A DNA stretch of 58,876 bases, taken from Chloroflexota bacterium (GTDB lineage Bacteria; Chloroflexota; Dehalococcoidia; Lucifugimonadales; Australimonadaceae). Made by a program: the position numbers and the translations under genes. The stretch spans positions 1-58,876 of the forward strand of contig JADFQE010000003.1 of assembly GCA_022561985.1 (NCBI GenBank), in the 5' to 3' direction. Position 1 is the stretch's first letter, and each line of letters starts with the position of its first letter. The notes below the pieces were generated by a model. The model was given only the letters and a program-made list of their open reading frames with translations. It was not told where the DNA came from and did no database searches. Below are positions 1 to 8,989 of the stretch, in pieces.

Positions 1-504
1 GAATCAACTTGATGACCGATCCTGCAGCTCTTCGCATACGGCGCCAACGGTTCCTTCGATGCATCGACGAAGCACGGAGCATGTACGACCTTGTCGTATT
101 GGACTGTACCTTCGAGTTCATTCATGACACGGACCGCGATCGAAGCAGCCACCCATATCCTTATACCCGTCCGAGCGGACAGATATTCCCTACTTGGAGT
201 CCAGATGCTGACGCAATACATTGAAGAGTTGCCCACCCTAGAGAGATCGCCACATATCCTAATCGTTGTCAATGATGTCATCAATTCCAAGTCCGCGAAT
301 GAGGTGATAGGCCAGCTGCGTTCTCATGCCATTTACGGCCCGTCTACGCTCGCCGCAACGATCCGCCACTCGACGCTGCTGATGGCGAAACAGGGCTTTG
401 TTGGCTTTGCGGTTGAGCAAGGTTTGCCGAACACCACCAACGTCCGACAACGCCTAGCTGCGGTCGCCGATGAGATAGCGACGAAAGTAGGGCTGCAATC
501 ATGA
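1..504 (+). pseudogene. ParA/Soj-family partition ATPase, cut by the window edge and split by a frameshift near position 108
   Basis: Frame 3 reads ...SMYDLVVLDC up to 107. Frame 1 continues from 109 as PSSSFMTRTAIEAATHILIPVRADRYSLLGVQML..., which is the ParA 'LDCPPS...A..vLIPV' core interrupted by one extra base. Local GC is about 54%, against about 70% elsewhere. Confidence 0.6.
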
Positions 505-1208
505 ATTTGAAGCACCGGTTAATCCAGGTACTATCCGACCCGGACATCCAAGATGGTGAATTCCAAAGAGTCATCAGTTGGCTTACCAAAGGGGGATTAG
601 CGGAGTGGATCTCCGACGCACAGGCAATCAGACGTTTACTGGTCCGGTACGGAACCGACACGAAGGATGATGGCCCCCGTCGAAGCGCTCTCAGCAGCGA
701 ATCTCTCATCGCCGAAATCGACCAGTTGCTGCGGCGTGAGGCTCATATGACCGCCCGTGAAGCCCTCGAGCAGCTGGCGCGCGTCGTCCGCTTCAAGCGA
801 CCTCTACGCGATCGTATCTCATTTGCCGACGGTATCCTCCAAATGGCCCGGTCGGTCGGCGCGTCTTCCGTGCTGGACGCGGCTAACCAAATCGTTGGTT
901 CGCCTCGAATGTCCGGAACCGTGACCGCCGCTGCTCGACCCCGTCCGAGTCCGGTTCGCGATGACTCCCTAATCGACGAAGTTGCCCGCTTATTGCGAAT
1001 CGAAGCCCGCATGACTGCCCGCGACGCGCTCGAAGAGTTGGCCGATGGCGTCGGCTTTGACGAGCCTCTACGTGAGCGAATCGCTTTTGCTGAAGGAGTC
1101 AGGCGCATAGCTCGAGAAGTCACTGAATCTCGGGTGCTGAGTGTAGCCAGTCAGATCAGGAATGAGAAAGTTCACGGATTTACAGCTCCGGCATGGCCGT
1201 TGAAGTGA
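501..1208 (+). CDS. hypothetical protein with an internal tandem domain duplication (possible ParA partner)
   Basis: The ATG overlaps the upstream stop (ATGA at 501-504). aa 66-132 and 154-220 are clearly related copies (SLIAEIDQLLRREAHMTAREALEQLA.. versus SLIDEVARLLRIEARMTARDALEELA..). No family recognised. Confidence 0.6.
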   Translation: MNLKHRLIQVLSDPDIQDGEFQRVISWLTKGGLAEWISDAQAIRRLLVRYGTDTKDDGPRRSALSSESLIAEIDQLLRREAHMTAREALEQLARVVRFKRPLRDRISFADGILQMARSVGASSVLDAANQIVGSPRMSGTVTAAARPRPSPVRDDSLIDEVARLLRIEARMTARDALEELADGVGFDEPLRERIAFAEGVRRIAREVTESRVLSVASQIRNEKVHGFTAPAWPLK

Positions 1209-1912
1209 CCGTTGATGCCTCGACTCAGCTGCGTGATCTGAACGCGGCTATCCAAAAGCACTGGTCCACTGCAGGGGAATCGCTCGCGCTCGCTACGGCG
1301 TCAGCCGCGGACGACTTAGCCCTCTGGCTGGTCCATTTCCGGAGCATGGCGTTATCTCCGACGGCCTCTGATCTGCTGAGCGGTGCTCAAGCTGCAGCCT
1401 TAGACACGATTGCATATGCGTTTCTGGGACTAGGAAGGGCAGCCATCACGAGCATCAGATTACAAGTCGAACTTCTCATAGGTTATACCTACTTCAAGGA
1501 CCATCCAATTGAATGGGATGCCGTACGTCAGACAGGCGATGGTTTCATGATGGTCAGCGCGGTCACCAAGTACCACAGTGACATCGACCCAACCTTAACT
1601 GCCCGAATGCAAATGGCTTCACAAAGGCTCTCACCTACCTTGCAGCAGATGTATAAAATCCTGTCTGCACACGTCCATGGCCAGTCGCCATACACGTTGC
1701 CGAAGTCTGGGCCTCTGCAAACGATCGTGGTCGACGAAGCGACTATGAGATTAATCGTTGAACTGCAGACGCAATCCATCGATGCCGTTTCAACATTCCT
1801 CGTAGCGGTCTATGCTCACGATTGGCCACAGTTGCCTCAAACATTCGTCTCGCGAGTGGCCAAAGGGCTGACGCCGACGCAGCGCAAGAAGTTCTTCTCG
1901 GATCCTGTTTGA
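1193..1912 (+). CDS. hypothetical protein (helical, no recognised family)
   Basis: 239-aa ORF that overlaps the previous ORF by 16 nt, with non-shadow-like composition in the lower-GC segment. Confidence 0.5.
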   Translation: MAVEVTVDASTQLRDLNAAIQKHWSTAGESLALATASAADDLALWLVHFRSMALSPTASDLLSGAQAAALDTIAYAFLGLGRAAITSIRLQVELLIGYTYFKDHPIEWDAVRQTGDGFMMVSAVTKYHSDIDPTLTARMQMASQRLSPTLQQMYKILSAHVHGQSPYTLPKSGPLQTIVVDEATMRLIVELQTQSIDAVSTFLVAVYAHDWPQLPQTFVSRVAKGLTPTQRKKFFSDPV

Positions 1913-2191
1913 GCAGCAGTGCACGAGTCCGCAGAACAGCGTTGCCTGTCTCCAGGCCACGTCGTCCGCCGGACGCTTCAACACGCTACCACCCGCGGCT
2001 GGGTGCCAGCGCCGGGCCAAAGCGACACGCGCAAACCACCAGCGAGTCGCCGCCTAGTGTTCCTAGACCCGTGCGCCTCTCGCGCTCGTCGAATTTTTCC
2101 GCGTTGCTACACTGCTGCTACATTTGAGAGTAACTGGGCCGCCATCAATTAAAGCGACGTTTCGGTTCTAAGGCAATGATGTGCTGGAAGT

Positions 2192-2268
2192 TGGTGACCC
2201 GGGTGGGATTCGAACCCACAACGCACGGATTAAAAGTCCGACGCTCTGCCGGGTTGAGCTACCGGGCC
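2192..2268 (-). tRNA. tRNA-Lys (anticodon UUU)
   Basis: The reverse complement folds as a 77-nt cloverleaf: acceptor GGCCCGG/CCGGGTC, D arm GCTC..GAGC, anticodon loop CTTTTAA, T arm GTGGG-TTCGAAT-CCCAC, discriminator A and an encoded CCA. Confidence 0.9.
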
Positions 2269-2303
2269 ACGGCAGGCTGAAGCATACAGCGCGTGGCGCG
2301 GGC

Positions 2304-2939
2304 CTAGCGAACCCCTGCCTTCAGCGTGCCGAAGCTGGCAGGCGGCCAGTAGGCGACCCACACCTTGCCGATGACGTGGTCCCGCGGCACGGGGCCCCAG
2401 TGGCGGGAGTCGTCGCTCCGCGCGCGGTTGTCGCCGAGCACGAAGTAGGAGTCCGCGGGCACCGTCCGCGCACTCAGCGTCTCGCCCGACGGGTGCTCGA
2501 CGTACGGCTCGTCCAGCGGCACGCCGTTCACGAACACCGTGCCCCCCTCGATCCGGACCGTGTCCCCCGGCAGGCCGATGACGCGCTTGACGAAGTTCTG
2601 GCTCGGGTCGCGCGGCCATCGGAACACGATGACGTCGCCGTAGGAGGGAAGGCCGAAGGGGCGCCAGAACTGCCCCTCCTCCGCCTCGAAGCCCGGGATG
2701 AACCGCGCGACGCGCGCGGCGTCGATCTCCATGTAGACCGCCCTGCTCACCAGAACGCGGTCTTCGTTGGCGAGCTGCGGGTCCATGCTGGGGCCCTCCA
2801 CCCGGTAGTTCTGGATGATGGCCTGGAGCACGAGCACGAGGAACGCGGCGAGCGCGATGGTCTCGATGGCTTCACGGAGGGCTGCGCGCATCTTCTCATT
2901 ATAGATGGACGACCCTTCGGCACCATGCGCTTCGCCCAT
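2304..2939 (-). CDS. lepB: signal peptidase I
   Basis: Motifs GPSMDP, VIVF, KRVIGLPGD and VLGDNRxxSxDSR, with an N-terminal TM segment. Alternative starts at 3041 (longest ORF) and 2891 (possibly leaderless, see the TATAAT at 2898-2903). Confidence 0.85.
   Translation of the reverse strand: MGEAHGAEGSSIYNEKMRAALREAIETIALAAFLVLVLQAIIQNYRVEGPSMDPQLANEDRVLVSRAVYMEIDAARVARFIPGFEAEEGQFWRPFGLPSYGDVIVFRWPRDPSQNFVKRVIGLPGDTVRIEGGTVFVNGVPLDEPYVEHPSGETLSARTVPADSYFVLGDNRARSDDSRHWGPVPRDHVIGKVWVAYWPPASFGTLKAGVR
2898..2903 (-). promoter_or_regulatory. -10-like TATAAT 6 nt upstream of the ATG at 2891 (possible leaderless lepB start)
   Basis: Perfect TATAAT on the minus strand in a 70% GC context. The spacing would put the transcription start at about the ATG. 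Confidence 0.25.
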
Positions 2940-3015
2940 GCGTTCCGGGCGCTCCACCGCGTAGAATGGGCCAGCTTCACTAGCCAAGGACGCGGTCCGA
3001 GGGGCCGCCCGAGCG

Positions 3016-3648
3016 GTGCCCGTGACGTCTGCATCCACCACCGATCAGGACGAGCTCGCATGGGTGAGCCGCGCGCAGGACGGCGATCTGGTCGCGTTCA
3101 ACGCCATCGTCGAGCGCTACCAGACCCGAGCGTATAACCTCGCGCTCCGCATGCTCCGCAGCCCGTCGGCCGCCGAGGACGCCACCCAGGAGGCGTTCTT
3201 CTCGGCCTACCGCCACATCGCCGGCTTCCGGGGCGGCAGCCTCCGCTCGTGGATCCTGACCATCGTCGCCAATGCCGCCCGCGACGAGCTCCGCGCGCCC
3301 AGCCGCCGCCGGACGACCTCCCTCGAGGGCTACACCGAGGGCGGCGACCCCGCCGGGCCCTGGCCGGACCCCGACCCCCTGCCCGACGAGCAGGCCGTGC
3401 GGGCCGAGACATCCCGTCAGGTGCGCGACGCCATCGACCGGCTCCCCGAGGACCAGCGCCTCGTCGTCACCCTCGTCGACCTCGAAGGGCTCGATTACGA
3501 CGAGGCCGCCCGCGTCGCACGCGTGCCCGTGGGGACCGTGCGCTCGCGGCTGTTCCGCGGACGGGGGCGGCTGCGGGACCTGCTGCGGCCAGCGCTGGAA
3601 CTTTCCGGCGACCTGCCCCGTCAGACTCAGAGAGAGGCCCAGGGATGA
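3016..3648 (+). CDS. ECF-type RNA polymerase sigma-70 family factor
   Basis: Region 2 (FNAIVERYQTRAYNLALRML...DATQEAF) and region 4 (LPEDQRLVVTLVDLEGLDYDEAARVARVPVGTVRSRLFRGR). GTG start. Confidence 0.85.
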   Translation: MPVTSASTTDQDELAWVSRAQDGDLVAFNAIVERYQTRAYNLALRMLRSPSAAEDATQEAFFSAYRHIAGFRGGSLRSWILTIVANAARDELRAPSRRRTTSLEGYTEGGDPAGPWPDPDPLPDEQAVRAETSRQVRDAIDRLPEDQRLVVTLVDLEGLDYDEAARVARVPVGTVRSRLFRGRGRLRDLLRPALELSGDLPRQTQREAQG

Positions 3649-4415
3649 GGATCAACATGCGCCTTCCACGCGTGCTCGACAGGCGGCGGCGCCGGTACGA
3701 GGAGCTGGTCACCCGGCACCTCGACGGCGTGCTGGATGCGGCCGGCGAAGGCCGGCTCCAGGCGGTCCTGAGCGCGGACCCGGCCCTCGAGGCGGAGGTC
3801 CGCGAGCTCGAGGCCGTGACCGCCGTGGTGCGCGCCACGCCCATGGTCGAGGCGCCACGCTCCTTCGCGCTGCCCTACGCCCCCGCCCGCATCCCCACAG
3901 CGCAGCGCACCGGCGCCCTGCCGTGGATGCAGGCGGCGACCGCCACGGCCGCGCTGCTCCTCGTCACGCTGATAGGCGTCGACCTCGTCTTCGCACCCAG
4001 CGCTGGGCCAAGCGCTGGACGAGAAGCGCCCGAGATCAGCGCGGCCATGGCGGAGAACGCCTCGGCGGCGGTCCAGGCCACGCCAACGCCAGCCTCGCTC
4101 GCGTCCCAGGCCGCGCCGGCGCCGGACGCCCCGCTCACGCTCCAGGCCGTGCCACCGCCATCCGGCGCACCCGCCATCGAGGACGCGACCAGTGACGGCG
4201 CCACCGAGCTGGCCGGGGCCGAGGCCGAGCCAGACGAGCGCGCCGTGGCGTTCGTGCCGGAACCGGCTCCCGCCCCCGTCACACCGGCTCCCGCCCCCGG
4301 CCGCTCTGGCCTCGACTGGGCCCAGCTCGGCCTCGGCCTCCTCACCGCGCTGCTGGCGATGGGCGTCGCCCTCGTGAGCTGGCGGGCAACGAGGCTGTCT
4401 GGGGGCCGCGGGTAG
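3645..4415 (+). CDS. putative membrane-anchored anti-sigma factor
   Basis: The ATG overlaps the sigma stop (ATGA). The N-terminal helical segment (RHLDGVLDAAGEGRLQAVLSADPALEAEV) is followed by a TM helix, an Ala/Pro-rich region and a C-terminal TM. Confidence 0.6.
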   Translation: MRINMRLPRVLDRRRRRYEELVTRHLDGVLDAAGEGRLQAVLSADPALEAEVRELEAVTAVVRATPMVEAPRSFALPYAPARIPTAQRTGALPWMQAATATAALLLVTLIGVDLVFAPSAGPSAGREAPEISAAMAENASAAVQATPTPASLASQAAPAPDAPLTLQAVPPPSGAPAIEDATSDGATELAGAEAEPDERAVAFVPEPAPAPVTPAPAPGRSGLDWAQLGLGLLTALLAMGVALVSWRATRLSGGRG

Positions 4416-4519
4416 CGGCGGGAACTTTTCCGGCGCCCGCTGCGTCTCGATCTATGAGCACGAGATGCCGCCGTCAGCGGCGGTCGATGCGGGCACAGCA
4501 GACTTCAGGAGGTGCGCCC

Positions 4520-5365
4520 ATGAAGACCCCGATTCTGAAGAGGATCCCAAGGTCCCTGAGAGCGGTACGGAGCGGCCTGGTGGTCGCGGCATTGGCGGCG
4601 TTCGTCCTGGTCGCGGCGGCGTGCGCCGACGGAACGGGCGGCGGCGGAACGACCGGCGGCATCAACACGGCGCAGCTCGAATCCCTCGCCCGGTCGCTGG
4701 GGCTCTCCCCGAGCGTCCTTGGCGGCAACACGGGCATCCACGTGACCGGCGCCGGCACGGCGAGCGCGAAGCCGGACATCGCGGTCCTCTCACTCAGCGT
4801 GGAGGGCCAGGGGCGGACGGTCGCCGAGGCCAACGCCATCGCGGCCGACGCCATGGCGGCGATCCTGTCGGCGCTGCGCGGAGCCGGGGTCGACGACGAC
4901 GACATGAAGACGCAAGGTTTCAGCATCCAGCCGGAGTACGCCTTCAACCGCGAGGACGGCACGCGCACGCTCACGGGCTACCGCGTGAGCAACTCGCTGG
5001 TCGTGACGCTGCGAGACATCGACGCCGTCGGGTCCATCATCGACGGCGCCGCGGCCGCGGGCGGGGACGCCACGCGCATCAACAGCATCGGCTTCCGGGT
5101 GGAGGACGGCGTGGCGCTGGAGGAGGAGGCGAGGCGCCTCGCGCTGGAGGACGCGGTCGCCAAGGCCGATCTGTTCGCGGAGGCGACGGGCGTGAGCCGC
5201 GGGAAGCTCGTGTTCATCACCGAGTCGAGCTTCCCGCAGTTCGCCAGAGCCGAGGCGGCCTTCTCGACGGGCGCCTCGATCTCCGGAGCCCCCGCCCCGA
5301 CGGAGATCCTCTCCGGCGACTTCGACGTCCGCGTCAACGTCCAGGCAGTCTTCGCGATCGACTAG
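4520..5365 (+). CDS. SIMPL/DUF541 family periplasmic protein
   Basis: AGGAGG 7 nt upstream of the start, and a signal peptide. The body (PDIAVLSLSVE..., GYRVSNSLVVTLRD, INSIGFRVED) is typical of DUF541. Confidence 0.8.
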   Translation: MKTPILKRIPRSLRAVRSGLVVAALAAFVLVAAACADGTGGGGTTGGINTAQLESLARSLGLSPSVLGGNTGIHVTGAGTASAKPDIAVLSLSVEGQGRTVAEANAIAADAMAAILSALRGAGVDDDDMKTQGFSIQPEYAFNREDGTRTLTGYRVSNSLVVTLRDIDAVGSIIDGAAAAGGDATRINSIGFRVEDGVALEEEARRLALEDAVAKADLFAEATGVSRGKLVFITESSFPQFARAEAAFSTGASISGAPAPTEILSGDFDVRVNVQAVFAID

Positions 5366-5419
5366 GCAGGGCACAGCCCTGCACCCACGAGCAGGCAGGG
5401 CCTGCACCCACGAAAGGGG
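5366..5419. repeat. two tandem copies of short repeat family A (CAGGGC-ACA-GCCCTG-C-ACCCACGA)
   Basis: Copies at 5366-5390 and 5391-5419. A third copy lies at 12590-12620. Each sits immediately after a stop codon. Confidence 0.6.
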
Positions 5420-5444
5420 CGCCCCGCTCAGGTGAGCGGGGCGC
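5419..5444. terminator. GC-rich hairpin between convergent genes (weak T-tract)
   Basis: 11-bp perfect stem GCGCCCCGCTC / GAGCGGGGCGC with a 4-nt loop, followed by TTCGGT. Confidence 0.4.
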
Positions 5445-5480
5445 TTCGGTGTCATCAGCTCATGAGTCGGGGCAATGGCC

Positions 5481-5822
5481 CTATGAGACCCCGAACTTTA
5501 TGTAAAGCTCGGGCATCGGCCCGGGCGGAGGGGCGTTGACATCCAACCCGTGGACCTCTTTCACCTTGCCGGCGAACCACACGTCGAAGGGATCGGTGCC
5601 AGAGCCCAGCTTCGCCATGAATGAATCTGCCCCGGGCCCTTCATGCTGCGCGACCACGATCGGCCCCATCGGCGTCTCGGCGAGCCACGCGGCGTGCCGT
5701 GTCAGGCCGTACCGAGCGTTGAAGCTGCTGAATTCCGACTGGCGAGGCCCCTGCAGCTCTGCCGCCCATGCCTTCCACGCTTCAAGCTTACCTTCGACGA
5801 TCGGCGCTACGATTATTCCCAT
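5481..5822 (-). CDS. hypothetical small protein
   Basis: GAGGAGGG 6 nt upstream of the ATG at 5822. 113 aa, no family recognised. Confidence 0.6.
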   Translation of the reverse strand: MGIIVAPIVEGKLEAWKAWAAELQGPRQSEFSSFNARYGLTRHAAWLAETPMGPIVVAQHEGPGADSFMAKLGSGTDPFDVWFAGKVKEVHGLDVNAPPPGPMPELYIKFGVS

Positions 5823-5916
5823 GTGATCCCTCCTCATATCGATATCGACATCGCGCGAACTGCCGTCAGCATACTCTCGACGCACGCGTTCCTAAACTGC
5901 GCGGTCGGCGGGGGCC

Positions 5917-6747
5917 CTACCCCAGCGTGAGCGGCGTGTCCTCGCGGTTGGCCCACTCGCCCATCGAGCCGTCGTACATGCAGACGCCCCGCTGCCCGAT
6001 GAGCGCGAGGGCGAAGGCTCCGTGCGCCGCACGGATCCCTCCCTGTCAGTAGACGTGGACGGCCGTCTCGGGCGTGATGCCGAGCCCGGCGGCCAGCGCG
6101 CGCAGCTCGCCGGCGTCCTTGAACGTGTCGTCGTCGTTGACTAACTCGACCCATTCGAGGTGGGCCGCGCCCGGCACGTGGCCCTTGCGAGCGTTGCCGC
6201 GGTCGTTCTCGCCCGCGAACTCCTCGCGCGTGCGGACGTCCCAGATCACGGTGCCGGGCCGGCCGATGGCCACGGTGAGCTTCTCGACCGTCGAGGCGGC
6301 CGCTGGGTGCACGATGGGCGTGAACGTGGCGCCGGCCGAGGGCGCGCCGGGGCCGGTCTCGGCCGGACGGCCCTCGGCGGTCCACTTCTTCCAGCCGCCG
6401 TTGAGCACCTTGACGTTGGCGTGGCCGTAGTAGCCGAGCACCCACCACGCCCGTGCGGCGTCGCGGTTGCGGAAGCGGTCGTAGACGACCACGAGCGTCT
6501 CGTCGCCGATGCCCAGGGCTTCGAACAGCGCCTTGGCTTCGGCACGCGGCGCGACCAGCCGCGGGTTGGCCTCGCCGGTGCCCTTGATCTGCGCGCTCGG
6601 GCAGCGCACGGCCCCGGGGATGTGGCCCGCCTCGAAATCCTCGGCCTTCGTCCCCATCTCGACGATCACCATGCCGGGATCGCCCATGTGCTCGGCGAGC
6701 CATGCCGTGTCGGCAAGAAGCTCCGGGGCTGCGTACGTATCGGCCAT
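5917..6747 (-). CDS. two-domain rhodanese (thiosulfate/3-mercaptopyruvate sulfurtransferase-like) with an in-frame TGA at the catalytic Cys codon (6046-6048): Sec candidate or pseudogene
   Basis: GGAGG 6 nt upstream of the ATG at 6747. The sequence reads ...TPETAVHVY-TGA-QGGIRAAHGAFALALIGQRGVCMYDGSMGEWANREDTPLTLG-TAG, and the active-site loop C-x-x-G-x-R begins at the TGA. Confidence 0.75.
6016..6038 (-). other. SECIS-like hairpin downstream of the rhodanese UGA
   Basis: mRNA GGAUCCGUGC-GGC-GCACGGAGCC. The 6-bp perfect core starts 11 nt after the UGA and the G-rich loop starts 17 nt after it. Confidence 0.35.
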
Positions 6748-6883
6748 GGTGCGCCTCCGTCTCTGCATAGGCTCTGCATAGGGGCCCGCCTGAGCGGACG
6801 CGGCCAGTCTCAGCCGGGGGTCTGGCGCTGTCAACCGCGCTCCGCGCGCGTGGAAGGCATGGGGGGCGCTCGTGTCCGACAGC

Positions 6884-6889
6884 TATAAT
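6884..6889 (+). promoter_or_regulatory. -10-like TATAAT upstream of glyQS
   Basis: Perfect TATAAT 50 nt upstream of the TTG start, in an otherwise GC-rich intergenic region. Confidence 0.3.
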
Positions 6890-6938
6890 CCATCGACGAC
6901 GTGACGGCCAGTTACGCGCGCATCACTGGAGGTCCCCC

Positions 6939-8275
<1,337 letters not shown>

Positions 8276-8279
<4 letters not shown>

Positions 8280-8298
8280 GGGCGCACGGCGTGCGCCC
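8276..8298 (+). repeat. REP element (GTAG head plus GGGCGCAC-GGC-GTGCGCCC palindrome)
   Basis: Exact match to the copies at 8898 and 50041. Its TAG is the glyQS stop codon. Confidence 0.8.
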
Positions 8299-8357
8299 TT
8301 CCTGGTACCTGCCATTCGCTTGGTGACACCACACGTCCCCGTCCCTACCCTGGCTGC

Positions 8358-8957
8358 GTGTTCACACGCACCGCCATCGGGCACCGCCGCTCGATCCGAC
8401 TCCCAGACTTCGACTACACCGAGCCGGGTGCCTATTTCGTGACGCTGTGCACCCGCGATCGACGATGCGTCTTCGGCGAAGTGACGCAGGACAGCGTGAG
8501 ACTCACGCCTGTCGGTGAGATCGTTCATGAAGAGTGGCGCAGGTCGTCTGAGGTACGCGCGGAGGTTGAGCTCGACGGTTTCGCGGTGATGCCGAACCAC
8601 ATCCACGGGATCGTCATCATCAATGGATCGCGCCTGCGGAGCGGCCCGAGGGCGCACGGCCGTGCGCCCCTACATCGTCAGGGCCGTTCGCTGGGGGCCC
8701 TCGTGGCAGGCTTCAAAGCCGCCGTTACCAGCCGAATCAATCGGCTGGCGGACACGCCAGGCGCTCCCCTGTGGCAGCGCGGCTACTACGAGCACATCGT
8801 CCGCAGCAACGAGGAGCTTGCACGCATCCGGCAGTACATCGCGGAAAACCCTGGGCGCTGGGCAGAAGACTCCGAGAACCCCACCGTCGCCCAACATGTA
8901 GGGGCGCACGGCGTGCGCCCTGGCTCCCGCCCCGCAGAGCCGCCACCCGCCACGTGA
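8358..8957 (+). CDS. REP-associated tyrosine transposase (RAYT, IS200/IS605 Y1 family)
   Basis: The N-terminal YFVTLCTRDR, the HUH motif MPNHIHGIVI and the catalytic-Tyr segment RGYYEHIVR are present. The gene is flanked by REP copies. Confidence 0.85.
   Translation: MFTRTAIGHRRSIRLPDFDYTEPGAYFVTLCTRDRRCVFGEVTQDSVRLTPVGEIVHEEWRRSSEVRAEVELDGFAVMPNHIHGIVIINGSRLRSGPRAHGRAPLHRQGRSLGALVAGFKAAVTSRINRLADTPGAPLWQRGYYEHIVRSNEELARIRQYIAENPGRWAEDSENPTVAQHVGAHGVRPGSRPAEPPPAT
8650..8673 (+). repeat. REP-like palindrome inside the RAYT coding sequence
   Basis: GGGCGCAC-GGCC-GTGCGCCC-CTAC, 24 nt, in frame, encoding RAHGRAPLH. Confidence 0.5.
8898..8920 (+). repeat. REP element
   Basis: GTAGGGGCGCACGGCGTGCGCCC, identical to 8276-8298. 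It overlaps the 3' end of the RAYT ORF. Confidence 0.8.
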
Positions 8958-8989
8958 CATCCGGCACCGCTCCCGCCTACCCTACCCGT

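Noticed and set aside
1-224. Programmed frameshifting in the ParA-like gene.
   Set aside because: There is no slippery heptamer or stimulatory structure at the shift site (about 108). A simple 1-nt indel (pseudogene or sequencing error) is more parsimonious.
2181-3137. 318-aa plus-strand ORF.
   Set aside because: It starts inside the tRNA-Lys gene and runs antisense to lepB. Its composition is shadow-like.
3249-3644. N-terminal extension of the anti-sigma ORF (388-aa version).
   Set aside because: It overlaps the ECF sigma gene in another frame and is Arg/Pro-rich. The ATG at 3645, coupled to the sigma stop, gives a sensible anti-sigma N-terminus.
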